Shown piece after piece: positions 31,690-40,160 of a stretch of DNA of 42,229 bases. The position numbers and the translations under genes are program-made. How positions within the stretch are numbered: position 1 is the first letter of the stretch; every line of letters begins with the position of its first letter. Source of the DNA: Burkholderiales bacterium (GTDB lineage Bacteria > Pseudomonadota > Gammaproteobacteria > Burkholderiales > SG8-39); NCBI GenBank assembly GCA_035554335.1, contig DATMIG010000450.1, forward strand, positions 1-42,229, written 5' to 3'. The notes below the pieces were generated by a model that had not been told where the DNA came from, made no database searches, and saw nothing but the letters and a program-made list of their open reading frames with translations.

Positions 31690-33681
31690 TCAGAGCGCTC
31701 TCGCGCGCTCTTCCCCTTCGTAGATGACCGCCTCGACCGAACGCGGGGCGAGGCAGTCGCCGATCCTTTCGGCGCGCACGCCGAGCTCTCCCGGCTCGAC
31801 CGGCGAGCGCCCGAGCGCGAGCACCACCGTGTCGGCCTCGATGACGCGGCGCGCCTTCGGATTCCAGATGTCGTAGAGCGTCGCCCCCGCGCCTTCGATC
31901 TGCTCGACGAAGACCTGCGGCTGGATCTCGACCTCCGCGACGCGCAAACGCGGCATCACGTGCGCGATGTCGTAGGTGCGATAGAGCGCTTCGCCCCACC
32001 ATGGCCGCGGGCTCACTATCGAGACGCGCGCCGCGCCTTCAGTGGCGAGCCGCTCCGCGAGCCCGGCAGCGAGCTCCTCGAAACCATCGTCGACGATCAG
32101 CACGCGGCGTCCGAGCGAGGCCGGATCGTGCGCGGCGCGCTCGATGGCGGCGTCCATGCCGATGACGTGCGAGGCGTTTGCACCCGGGATGCCCGCGCGC
32201 TCGGGGCGATAGGCGCTGTAGCCGCTGAGGTCGAACTTCGCGCCGGTAGCGACCACCGTTACTTCAAACTCGCGCAACGCCTTCGGCGTTGCTTTCTCGG
32301 AAAGGAACAGCCGCGCACCGTGCACTTCCAGCGGCCGCATCAGGTTGCGGATCGCCTGCGCCCAGCGCTGCCGCCCGGGCAACGTAGCGAGCGAGCGCAG
32401 GCGCCCACCCGGTTGTGGTCCGGCTTCGAAAACCGTGACGTCGAAGCCGCGCGCCGCCGCGATGCCGGCGAAGCGCAGGCCGGCGGGACCGGCGCCGACC
32501 ACGCCGATGCGGCCGGGGCGCGCGGCGGGCTTGAGGGTGCCTTCGCCGAGCTTTGCTTCGCGGCCGACGGCCGGATTGATGGCGCACGCCACGTGATTGT
32601 TCTCGCCCAGGCGGCGGATGCAGACGTTGGCGCCGACGCAGCGCACGACGTCCTGCTCGCGGTTCTCGAGCGCCTTGCGCACGAGGTGCGGATCGGCCAT
32701 CTGCGCGCGGGTCATCGCCACCATGTCGGCGGCGCCGGAGTCGACGATGCGCGCGGCGGTGGCGGTGTCGAGGATGCGGCCGACGACGAACACCTTGGCG
32801 CCGCTCTTCAGCGCGGCGCGCGCACGCGCCGCTGCGGGCGCGAGGAAGCCCTGCGGCAGGTCGCTCGTCATCGGCGTCACCGAGACGTGCTTGGCGAAGT
32901 AGCCGCCGGCGGAAAGATCGTAGAAGTCGAAGAAGCCGCTCGCGTCGAACACCTCGAGCTGGCGCAGGAACTCGTCCTCGGTGATGCCGGCGCCGTTCGC
33001 GAGGCGCTCTTCGACGGAGAGCCGCAGCCCGATCGCGAGCCGGCCGCCAACCGCAGCGCGCACACGCTCGCCGATCTCGAGCACGATGCGGCAGCGCGCG
33101 CGTCCGCTGCCGCCGTAGTCGTCGCGCCGGTGATTGAACGCGGGCGAGAGGAAGGCGCCGAGCAGCTGGCTGTGCGCGGCATGGATCTCCACGCCGTCGC
33201 AGCCCGCCTCGTCGGCGTGGCGCGCGGTGAGGACGAAGCCGGCGATCACCGCCTCGATGTCCTCCTGCGTCATCTCGGCCGGCTGCTCGTGGAACTGGGT
33301 GGAAGCCACCGGCGACGGTGCCCACAGCGGCCGCCACTCGTCGATGTACATCGTGCCGGAGCCCTGCGCGCCGCCGCAGAACACCTGCACCATCAGCTTC
33401 GCGCCGTGCTCGTGCACCGCATCGGCCGCCTTGCGGTAGGCGGCCACGGCGCGCGGATCGTAGCCGCGGCAGCCCTGCAGGTAATTGGCGCCGGAAGGAT
33501 GCGCGGCCTGCTGCTCGGTGACGATGAGCGCCGCGCCGCCGGCGGCTCGCTCGCGGTAGTAGTCGACGTGGCGCTGGGAAAGGAGCCCGTCCACGCCATA
33601 GAGCAGCGCATGTCCCGAGACCATGATCCGATGCTTCACGCGCATCGGGCCGATCTCGAGGGGGGTCCAGAGCGCGCTCAC
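31690..33681 (-). CDS. NADH:flavin oxidoreductase, OYE-like + FAD/NAD(P) domain, a FadH-like paralog with a degenerate Fe-S motif
   Basis: LWTPLEIGPMRVKHRIMVSGH, HAAHSQLLGAFLSP..N.R.DDYGGS and the dinucleotide motif IGVVGAGPAGLRFA. The cluster motif reads CVGANVC-x11-C, with the second Cys replaced by Ala. The start is GTG at 33681, 11 nt after the GntR stop, because the OYE N-terminal strand lies upstream of the first ATG. Confidence 0.82.
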   Translation of the reverse strand: MSALWTPLEIGPMRVKHRIMVSGHALLYGVDGLLSQRHVDYYRERAAGGAALIVTEQQAAHPSGANYLQGCRGYDPRAVAAYRKAADAVHEHGAKLMVQVFCGGAQGSGTMYIDEWRPLWAPSPVASTQFHEQPAEMTQEDIEAVIAGFVLTARHADEAGCDGVEIHAAHSQLLGAFLSPAFNHRRDDYGGSGRARCRIVLEIGERVRAAVGGRLAIGLRLSVEERLANGAGITEDEFLRQLEVFDASGFFDFYDLSAGGYFAKHVSVTPMTSDLPQGFLAPAAARARAALKSGAKVFVVGRILDTATAARIVDSGAADMVAMTRAQMADPHLVRKALENREQDVVRCVGANVCIRRLGENNHVACAINPAVGREAKLGEGTLKPAARPGRIGVVGAGPAGLRFAGIAAARGFDVTVFEAGPQPGGRLRSLATLPGRQRWAQAIRNLMRPLEVHGARLFLSEKATPKALREFEVTVVATGAKFDLSGYSAYRPERAGIPGANASHVIGMDAAIERAAHDPASLGRRVLIVDDGFEELAAGLAERLATEGAARVSIVSPRPWWGEALYRTYDIAHVMPRLRVAEVEIQPQVFVEQIEGAGATLYDIWNPKARRVIEADTVVLALGRSPVEPGELGVRAERIGDCLAPRSVEAVIYEGEERARAL

Positions 33682-33692
33682 GGGTCTCGTCT

Positions 33693-34394
33693 TCAGGCGA
33701 CCTTGGTAGCGCCGTTCATGACTCCCGCGGCCTGCAGCATGGCGCCGCGCGAGAGCGCGAGGTAGCGATCCATGGCCGCGCCGGCCTCGGCGGGGTCGTG
33801 CTTCTCGATGGCGCGCAGGATGTCCTTCATGCCGCGCAGCACCGCTTTCTGGCGCTGCGCGTCGCCGAGCGTCAGGAACTGCAGCGCGCGCACGTGATCG
33901 GCGTAGAGCTCCACCGCGCGCACCAGGCGCCGGTTGCGCACGAGCGAAAGCCACGCCGCGCGAAACGCGCGGTTGGCGGTGATGAAGCCTTCGGCATTGC
34001 CGCCGGTGTAGGCGGCCTGCGCCTGCTCGAGCGTGCGCTTGATGGCCTTTACGCCCTCGGCAGCGTCGGCGCGCGTCGCCGCCTGGCGCAGCGCTTCCTT
34101 CTCGAGGAGCACCCGCAGCTCGTAGATGTCCTGCAGGTCGTCCTCGGTGAGGGCCGGAACGGTGAAGCTGCGCCCGTGCGCCTCGACCAGCCCCTCGCTC
34201 GCCAGCCGGGCGAGGGCCTCGCGCACCGGCGTGCGCGACACGCCGAGGCGCGCCGCGAGCGTCGCTTCGCGCAGCGACTCGCCCCAGCGCACCTCGCCCG
34301 AGCGCAGGTAGTCGCGCAACAGCTCATACACGCGATCGCCCAGGGAGGCGGCACGTTCGACCGGCAGCAATGGGCTTTTCGGGGACCGGAGCAT
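33693..34394 (-). CDS. GntR-family transcriptional regulator (FadR/FCD subfamily)
   Basis: The N-terminal winged HTH reads LGDRVYELLRDYLRSGEVRWGESLREATLAARLGVSRTPVREALARLASEGLV. An all-helical FCD-type C-terminal domain follows. Confidence 0.9.
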   Translation of the reverse strand: MLRSPKSPLLPVERAASLGDRVYELLRDYLRSGEVRWGESLREATLAARLGVSRTPVREALARLASEGLVEAHGRSFTVPALTEDDLQDIYELRVLLEKEALRQAATRADAAEGVKAIKRTLEQAQAAYTGGNAEGFITANRAFRAAWLSLVRNRRLVRAVELYADHVRALQFLTLGDAQRQKAVLRGMKDILRAIEKHDPAEAGAAMDRYLALSRGAMLQAAGVMNGATKVA

Positions 34395-34404
34395 CAGCAG
34401 GCGG

Positions 34405-34426
34405 GTGTACGGTGTACGGTATACAT
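34405..34426. promoter_or_regulatory. candidate GntR-type operator: three GTnTAC hexamers at 7-bp spacing
   Basis: GTGTACG GTGTACG GTATAC sits in the only 46-nt gap upstream of the GntR start, 11-32 nt before the ATG. GntR/FadR operators are built on GT-n-AC cores, and GTATAC is itself a perfect palindrome. Confidence 0.35.
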
Positions 34427-34440
34427 TCGGCGCCCGGCGG

Positions 34441-35424
34441 TCAAGGCACGAGAACGAGCGGGCCCACGGTCTGGCCGCTTTCCAGCACCCGGTGCGCTTC
34501 GGCCGCCTGTTCGAAGGGCACGCAGCGCGGCGCGGGCGCGGCCAGCGCGCGGCTCGCGAGCGCGGCGAAGAGCTGCTGTGCCGCCGCCTGCAGGTCCGGG
34601 GCGGTGCCGGTGTAATCGCCGAAGCGCACCCACGACACGGAAAGGCTGCCGCGGTCGCGCAGCTCGTTCACCGAGAACGGCGGCACGAGGCCCGACGAAT
34701 TGCCGTAGCACACCAAATGTCCGCGGGGCGCGAGGCAGGAGAGCGACCCCTGCCAGGTGTCGCGTCCGACCGGGTCGTAGACCACTGCCGCGCCGCCGCC
34801 GGAAAGCTCGCGCACTCGCGCCGGCCAGTCGTCACGGCCGCGCACGAACACCTCCTCGTATCCGGCGGCGCGCGCTGCCGGCACCTTGTCATGCGCGCCG
34901 ACGACGCCGATCGCATGCGCACCGAGCGCGCGCAGCCACTGCCCGGCGAGCGTGCCGACGCCGCCAGCAGCGGAGTGAACCACTACCCACGTGCCGGGTG
35001 CCACGCGGAACACGCGCCGCACCAGCATGTCGACCGTGAGCCCCTTGAGCAGCAGCGCCGCCGCGTCGCGATCCGAGACGCCCGCCGGTAGCGAAACGCA
35101 GCGCGCCGCCGGGAAGTTGCGCACTTCGCGATAGGCGCCCAGCGGTGCCGAGGCGTACGCCACCCGGTCGCCGACCCGGAAGCGCTCGACGCCCTCGCCC
35201 AGCGCTTCTATTACGCCCGCCGCTTCCAGCCCGAGCACCAGGGGCATCGGCATCGCGCGCAGCGGCGCGTAGTCGCCGCGCCGGCCGTGCACGTCGGTGA
35301 AATTCACGCCGATCGCGGTCTGGCGGATGCGCAGCTCGCCAGGGCCGGGCGCACGATCCGCGACCGTGCGAAGCTCGAGGACTTCCGGTCCGCCGAAGCG
35401 GTTGATTACGATTTCGCGCGCCAC
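34441..35424 (-). CDS. NADPH:quinone oxidoreductase / zinc-independent MDR family protein
   Basis: GGPEVLELRTV..P.PGPGELRIRQTAIGVNFTD...RGDY, VGDRVAY, and the cofactor motif VVVHSAAGGVGTLAGQ. The GTG start at 35424 is 6 nt after GGGAGG and overlaps the upstream MFS 3' end by 19 nt. Confidence 0.85.
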   Translation of the reverse strand: MAREIVINRFGGPEVLELRTVADRAPGPGELRIRQTAIGVNFTDVHGRRGDYAPLRAMPMPLVLGLEAAGVIEALGEGVERFRVGDRVAYASAPLGAYREVRNFPAARCVSLPAGVSDRDAAALLLKGLTVDMLVRRVFRVAPGTWVVVHSAAGGVGTLAGQWLRALGAHAIGVVGAHDKVPAARAAGYEEVFVRGRDDWPARVRELSGGGAAVVYDPVGRDTWQGSLSCLAPRGHLVCYGNSSGLVPPFSVNELRDRGSLSVSWVRFGDYTGTAPDLQAAAQQLFAALASRALAAPAPRCVPFEQAAEAHRVLESGQTVGPLVLVP

Positions 35425-36629
35425 AAGGCGCCTCCCGTAAAAAGTGGAATGGCGAGCAGTACCTGGAGCGCCGCCGAGCCGGCGAGCGCCACGGAATAGC
35501 CGCGCGGGTCCCAGCCGCCGGCGGGGGTGCGCGGCCAGAGGTCGAGAATCCAGCCGATCGCGGTCTGCAGCAGAAAGGCACCGACGAGGGTGACCGTGTT
35601 GGCCGCGGTCGACACGCGGGCCATCTGCTCGCGCGGAAACATCTGGCCCACGACGATGTAGCCGGTGGTAGAAGCGGCGGCGAAGAAGGCGAACAGCAGC
35701 CAGAGCACCGGCACGGCGGCGCCGCGCGGCTGCAGCGCGAGGGCAATCTGCGTCAGCACCATCGCCGCGTTGCAGGCAAGCACGATCCGCATCCCCGGAT
35801 AGCCGCGGGCCTGCGCCCGGCTCGTCGCCACGCCCGCGGCCGTCACGCCCGCCATCATGCCGAGCGCGTAAAGCAGCAGCGTGTTGGCGCGCGCGACGCC
35901 TTCGTAGCCCGCCACATCCCTCAGCCAGGGGCCGGCCCACAGGCCCAGGTAGGCGAAATTAAGCATCGCCAGCATGGAAACCGCCGGCGCGTAGCGCCAG
36001 AAGGTGCCCGAGCCGAGGATCGAGAGCGTGACCCGCACTTCCGCCTTGAGCGCGGCGCGCCTCCCGCTCGACGGCTTGTCGCGCACGCTGAGGAAGATCC
36101 ACGCCGCAACCGCAAGCGACAGCGCGCAAAGGAGCCACAGCACGCCGCGCCAGCCGAACGTCGGCAGCGCGACCTGCACCGGCGTGGTGGTGAGGATGCT
36201 GCCCAGACCGCCGAGCGCCACGGCGATTCCCGTCACCTTGGCGACCTTGGCCGGCGCAAACCATTGCGTGTTGGCCTTGATCACCGCCATCAGCCCGGCC
36301 GATACGCCAATGCCGAGGACGATGCGCGCGAGCGAGAAACCGACCAGGCCGTCGGCCAGCGCAAAGGCGGCGAAGCCGGCCGCGGTGACGAGGCTCAACG
36401 TCGCCTGCACCCGGCGCGGCCCGAGCAGGTCGAGCGCCACGCCGTTCGGCAGCTGGACGGCGGCGTAGGTGACGAACATGCAGGCCGCGAGGAAACCGAG
36501 CTCGCTCGCCGAAAAGGCGAACTCCACCGCGAGCACCGGGCCGATGACCGCCATGATGGTGCGCGACGCCTGGTTGATGAGATTCAGCGTCGCCAGCGGC
36601 AAGGTGACGTGGAGGAATGGCCGCACCAC
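35406..36629 (-). CDS. MFS transporter
   Basis: A 12-TM-like pattern (LNLINQASRTIMAVIGPVLAVEF, LPNGVALDLLGPRR motif-A-like). The GTG start at 36629 lies only 14 nt from the divergent RidA start; the alternative is TTG at 36602. Confidence 0.82.
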   Translation of the reverse strand: MVRPFLHVTLPLATLNLINQASRTIMAVIGPVLAVEFAFSASELGFLAACMFVTYAAVQLPNGVALDLLGPRRVQATLSLVTAAGFAAFALADGLVGFSLARIVLGIGVSAGLMAVIKANTQWFAPAKVAKVTGIAVALGGLGSILTTTPVQVALPTFGWRGVLWLLCALSLAVAAWIFLSVRDKPSSGRRAALKAEVRVTLSILGSGTFWRYAPAVSMLAMLNFAYLGLWAGPWLRDVAGYEGVARANTLLLYALGMMAGVTAAGVATSRAQARGYPGMRIVLACNAAMVLTQIALALQPRGAAVPVLWLLFAFFAAASTTGYIVVGQMFPREQMARVSTAANTVTLVGAFLLQTAIGWILDLWPRTPAGGWDPRGYSVALAGSAALQVLLAIPLFTGGALWRAKS

Positions 36630-36643
36630 TAGAATCCGTGTCG

Positions 36644-37039
36644 ATGAAGGAGCGCATCGTGGTGCCGCCGCCCGCTGCCGGCCTCGACATGGCCGCCGGC
36701 TACGGCTGGGTGCAGAGCTGCGCGATCCGCGCCGGCGACTACCTTTTCGTCTCCGGCGTGCTGCCGATCGACCCGCAGACCGGCGAGCGGCTTCACGGCA
36801 CGCTGACAGCCGAGACTCACCGCGCCTTCCAGAATCTGAAGCTGGTGCTCGAGAGCGCCGGCTCGTCGCTCGACCGGCTGGTGCAGGTGCGGGCGATGAT
36901 CTACGACCGCATCGAGTACGACGCGCTGAACCGCGTGTACCGGCAATACGTGCCGAGCGGGCCGCCCGCGCGCACCGTGTGGAGCGTGCGCCTGATGGAC
37001 GCCTTCAAGGTCCAGCTCGACGCCATCGCCGTCGTCTAG
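36644..37039 (+). CDS. RidA/YjgF/UK114-family protein (reactive intermediate deaminase family)
   Basis: AGDYLFVSGVLPIDPQTGE......ETHRAFQNLKLVLESAGSSLDRLVQVRAMI......LNRVYRQY.....PARTV is the RidA pattern. ATG at 36644 was chosen because the listed 36617 would overlap the divergent MFS start. Confidence 0.85.
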   Translation: MKERIVVPPPAAGLDMAAGYGWVQSCAIRAGDYLFVSGVLPIDPQTGERLHGTLTAETHRAFQNLKLVLESAGSSLDRLVQVRAMIYDRIEYDALNRVYRQYVPSGPPARTVWSVRLMDAFKVQLDAIAVV

Positions 37040-37051
37040 AGGAGAAAACGC

Positions 37052-37447
37052 TTGGCCAGCCGCGAGATCATCGTCCCGAAGAACGACAAGCTCAACGTTT
37101 CGCGCAACCTCAACCTGCCGCACAGCCCCGGCATCCGCGCGGGCGACTTCATCTTCCTCTCCGGCATGCTCTCCACCGACCCGCAGACCGGCGAGCGCAG
37201 CCCCGGCACGATGGCCCACGAGACGCGCCAGACGCTCGCCAACATGCGCCATCTCCTGGAGTCGGCCGGCTCTTCGCTCGAGCGCGTCGTGAAGATCAAC
37301 GTCCTCCTCTACGACATGCTCGAGTTCGAGAACATGAACGCGGTCTATCGGCAGTTCTTTCCCAAGGACCCGCCCGCGCGCACCACGTGCGGCGTGCAGC
37401 TTTCGGCGGGAATGAAGATCGAGATCGAGTGCATCGCCCTCGCCTGA
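37052..37447 (+). CDS. RidA/YjgF/UK114-family protein, tandem paralog
   Basis: AGDFIFLSGMLSTDPQTGE....MAHETRQTLANMRHLLESAGSSLERVVKINVLL......MNAVYRQFF....PARTT...QL......IEIECIA. The start is TTG at 37052, 7 nt after GAGGAG. Confidence 0.85.
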   Translation: MASREIIVPKNDKLNVSRNLNLPHSPGIRAGDFIFLSGMLSTDPQTGERSPGTMAHETRQTLANMRHLLESAGSSLERVVKINVLLYDMLEFENMNAVYRQFFPKDPPARTTCGVQLSAGMKIEIECIALA

Positions 37448-37456
37448 TCCGGACTC

Positions 37457-38404
37457 TTAAGCCGTTTCATGGCTGCGCTCGATCTTGCGCTTGATGTGCT
37501 CGCCCGCGGTGATCACCGGATAGCGGGGTTTTTCTCCCGGCGCGAGGCAGGTCGGCACGCACTCGATGCGCTGGTCGTAGTTCGGATGCACGAACATCCC
37601 GATCGATAGCCGGCGGCTCGCCGCCATGCCGAGCGGCGGATTCACCACCCGGTGCAGCGTCGAGGCCCATCGGTCGTTGGTCCAGCGCGCCATCATGTCG
37701 CCGAGGTTGACGACGAATTCTCCCGGCCGCGGGCGCACGCCGGCCCAGCTGCCGTCGGGCATGCGCACTTCCAGCCCGCCCTCCGCGTCGGTGGCGGCGA
37801 GGATGGTCATCGCGCCGTAGTCGGTATGTGCGCCGGTGCGGAGCTGGCCGGGCAGTGGCGGCTTCTCGAGCGCCGGATAGTGATGGCACGACAGGATGCT
37901 GAAGTGCCGATCGAGCGTGCCGTCGAAGTAGCCTTCCGGCAGCTTCAGCGCCGCGGCGAAGACGCGCATCATGTCGCGTGCCAGGCGCTCGTACTCGCGG
38001 TAGAGCGCAATCAGGGTCGACTGCAGCGGATCCGGGATCACGTTCGGCGCGTAGCTCGTCGCCGCCTCGGGGAGGCCGGAGTAGTACGCGCGGTGATCGT
38101 CCACCGGCCCGAGGAACACGGTTTCCCGCAGGTCGGGCGGCGTCTGCGCGCCGAGCGTGTACGCGAGCCCGCGCGTCGCAAAGCCGTGGTAGCCGCGCTG
38201 CTTCGACGGCCCGGTCGGATGCCACCGGTTCTTCACTTCCGCCGGCAGGTCGAAGAACGCGAAGAGCTCGCGCTGCGCACGCGCGAGGAGCTCCGCCGGG
38301 AAGCCATGGCCCGAGATGATGAGGAAGCCGGTCTGCTCGCAGGTGCGCGCCACCTCTTCGGCCGCCTCGCGCCTGCTGATGTCGATGGTCGGTACCGCGT
38401 TCAT
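37457..38404 (-). CDS. 2-oxoglutarate/Fe(II)-dependent oxygenase (isopenicillin N synthase-like family)
   Basis: The N-terminal DIOX_N-like VPTIDIS......VARTCEQTGFLIISGHG, and the facial triad in GAHTDYGAMTIL ... STLHRV, with the R-x-S motif RRLSIGMF. Confidence 0.85.
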   Translation of the reverse strand: MNAVPTIDISRREAAEEVARTCEQTGFLIISGHGFPAELLARAQRELFAFFDLPAEVKNRWHPTGPSKQRGYHGFATRGLAYTLGAQTPPDLRETVFLGPVDDHRAYYSGLPEAATSYAPNVIPDPLQSTLIALYREYERLARDMMRVFAAALKLPEGYFDGTLDRHFSILSCHHYPALEKPPLPGQLRTGAHTDYGAMTILAATDAEGGLEVRMPDGSWAGVRPRPGEFVVNLGDMMARWTNDRWASTLHRVVNPPLGMAASRRLSIGMFVHPNYDQRIECVPTCLAPGEKPRYPVITAGEHIKRKIERSHETA

Positions 38405-39294
38405 GCTTGGGAGAGCTCCGCGTCGACGAGACGCTCGTAGGGTGGGTCGTTGCGGATCAGCCCGCCCGATACCAGCGCCGCCTTGAGCCGCAGGTACGGC
38501 GCCGCCGGTAAATCGGGCCGCCGCGACCAGAGGCCGCTAGCCCGGTAGGACGAGATGATGCGAGTGAGCGCCGCGCGCGAAAGCTTCGGCAGGAAGCTGG
38601 CCACCGCCTCGGCGATGGCCGCCGGCGTCGAGGCGAAGAGCGCGGCCTGGGCGCGCGCGATGCCGCGTACGAGGCGCCGGCATGCTTCGCGCCGCGACTG
38701 GGTAAAGCGGCGCGGCGCGTAGAACGTCGTGTAGGCGATGTCGCCGCGATCGGTGAAGCGATGCCACACGTGGCCCTCGCCTTCGTTCACCAGCGCATCG
38801 GCATAAGGCTCGAAGACCTGCACCACGTCGACCGTGCCGCGGCGATAGGCGGCGAGGTTTTGCTTCATCGGCCGCACTCGCTGACCGGCGATCGCCGCCG
38901 GGTCGAGCCCGGCGCGCTGCAGGTCGTCCTGGAACGTCATCCACGGCGTCGGCACGTCGCCCGCCGGCGCGACGCGCAGGCCGACGAGATCCTGCCAACG
39001 GAAAGCGGGCTTGCGTTTACGGCCGACGAGGATGAACGGGTCGCGCGCCACGACCTGGCCGAAGCACAGCAGCGGGCACTTCGGATCGGCGTCGTGATGC
39101 ATCATGACGCGCATCGGCCCGCCCCAGGAGACATCGACGGTGCCTTCCAGGAGCGCGGTCGCGGTACGGGAGGTGCTAGGCGACACCACGTGGTTGATGT
39201 CGAGCCCTTCGCGCTCCCAGTACCCGCCCGCCAGCGCGAGATAGAAAGGCACGTACGGCACGGCCCGCATGTTCTCGCACAGCGTGACGCGCAT
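38401..39294 (-). CDS. NMT1/THI5-like (SsuA-type periplasmic-binding-protein fold) protein with no signal peptide
   Basis: MRVTLCENMRAVPYVPFYLALAGGYWEREGLDINHVV.......ALLEGTVDVSWGG... and DLVGLRVA follow the NMT1/SsuA pattern. The N-terminus starts directly in the first beta-strand, with no hydrophobic leader. It is coupled on both sides (TGATG at 39294, ATGA at 38401-38404). Confidence 0.7.
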   Translation of the reverse strand: MRVTLCENMRAVPYVPFYLALAGGYWEREGLDINHVVSPSTSRTATALLEGTVDVSWGGPMRVMMHHDADPKCPLLCFGQVVARDPFILVGRKRKPAFRWQDLVGLRVAPAGDVPTPWMTFQDDLQRAGLDPAAIAGQRVRPMKQNLAAYRRGTVDVVQVFEPYADALVNEGEGHVWHRFTDRGDIAYTTFYAPRRFTQSRREACRRLVRGIARAQAALFASTPAAIAEAVASFLPKLSRAALTRIISSYRASGLWSRRPDLPAAPYLRLKAALVSGGLIRNDPPYERLVDAELSQA

Positions 39295-40156
39295 CAGACG
39301 TCTTTCAGGTATTTCATCTCGAGCTCGCGCCAGTGCTTCGAATTCACCGCTTCCTCGCGGTCCATGAAGGTGGCGAGCTCGTCGTCCATCACGGCGGTGT
39401 CGCCGTCGCGCTTCAGCACCGCGAGCACCTTCTTCGCCGCCGCGATGGCCGCGCGATGGGTCTGCGACGGATAGATGCCGATGCGGTGGCCCATCGCCTC
39501 GAGCTCTTTCACCGGCAGCACCGGCGTCTTGCCGCCCTCGAAAATGTTGACGAGCGAAGGCTTCTTCAGCTGCTTCGCCGCCGCCGCGAGCTCCTCGCGC
39601 GACTGCGGCGCCTCGACGAAGCCGACGTCCGCCCCGGCCTCGAGATACGCGTTGACGCGGTCGATGGACGCCTGCAGGCCCTCGATCGCGCGAGCGTCGG
39701 AGCGCGCGATGATCACCATGTCGGCGTCACGCCGCGTGTCCACCGCCGCCTTGATCTTGCCCACCATCTCGGCTTTCGACACGACCTGCTTGCCCTCGTA
39801 GTGGCCGCATTTCTTGGGCGACACCTGGTCCTCGAGGTGGAAGGCCGACACCCCGGTCTTCTCGTACTCGCGCACGCTGCGGATGACGTTCAGGGCGTTG
39901 CCATAGCCGGCGTCCATGTCGGCGATCACCGGGATGTCGAGGGCGTCCACGGTGCGCGAGATCCATTGCGTCACCTCGCTCATGGTGATGAGGCCGATGT
40001 CGGGATAGCCATTGGCGCGCGAATAGCCGCCGCCGGTGAGATACACCGCCTCGAAGCCCGCCACCTGGACGAGACGCGCCGTCAGCGTGTCGTACGCGCC
40101 CGGCACGACGGAATAGGTCTTCCTCGCGAGCATCTCTCGCAGCTTCTTCCTCGGAT

Positions 40157-40160
<4 letters not shown>
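39294..40160 (-). CDS. isocitrate lyase / PEP mutase superfamily enzyme (2-methylisocitrate lyase or carboxyvinyl-carboxyphosphonate phosphorylmutase-like)
   Basis: VPGAYDTLTARLVQVAGFEAVYLTGG, IPVIADMDAGYGN, GVSAFHLEDQVSPKKCGHYEGKQVV and IIARSDA are the ICL/PEPM signature, including the K-x-C-G-H loop. The start is ATG at 40160, in an ATGA overlap with the aconitase stop. Confidence 0.85.

Noticed and set aside
31692-31701. A perfect 10-bp palindrome, AGAGCGCTCT, at the 3' end of the second OYE-like gene.
   Set aside because: It lies inside the coding sequence (…ERARAL stop). It is short, and in GC-rich DNA it is plausibly coincidental. There is no flanking structure.
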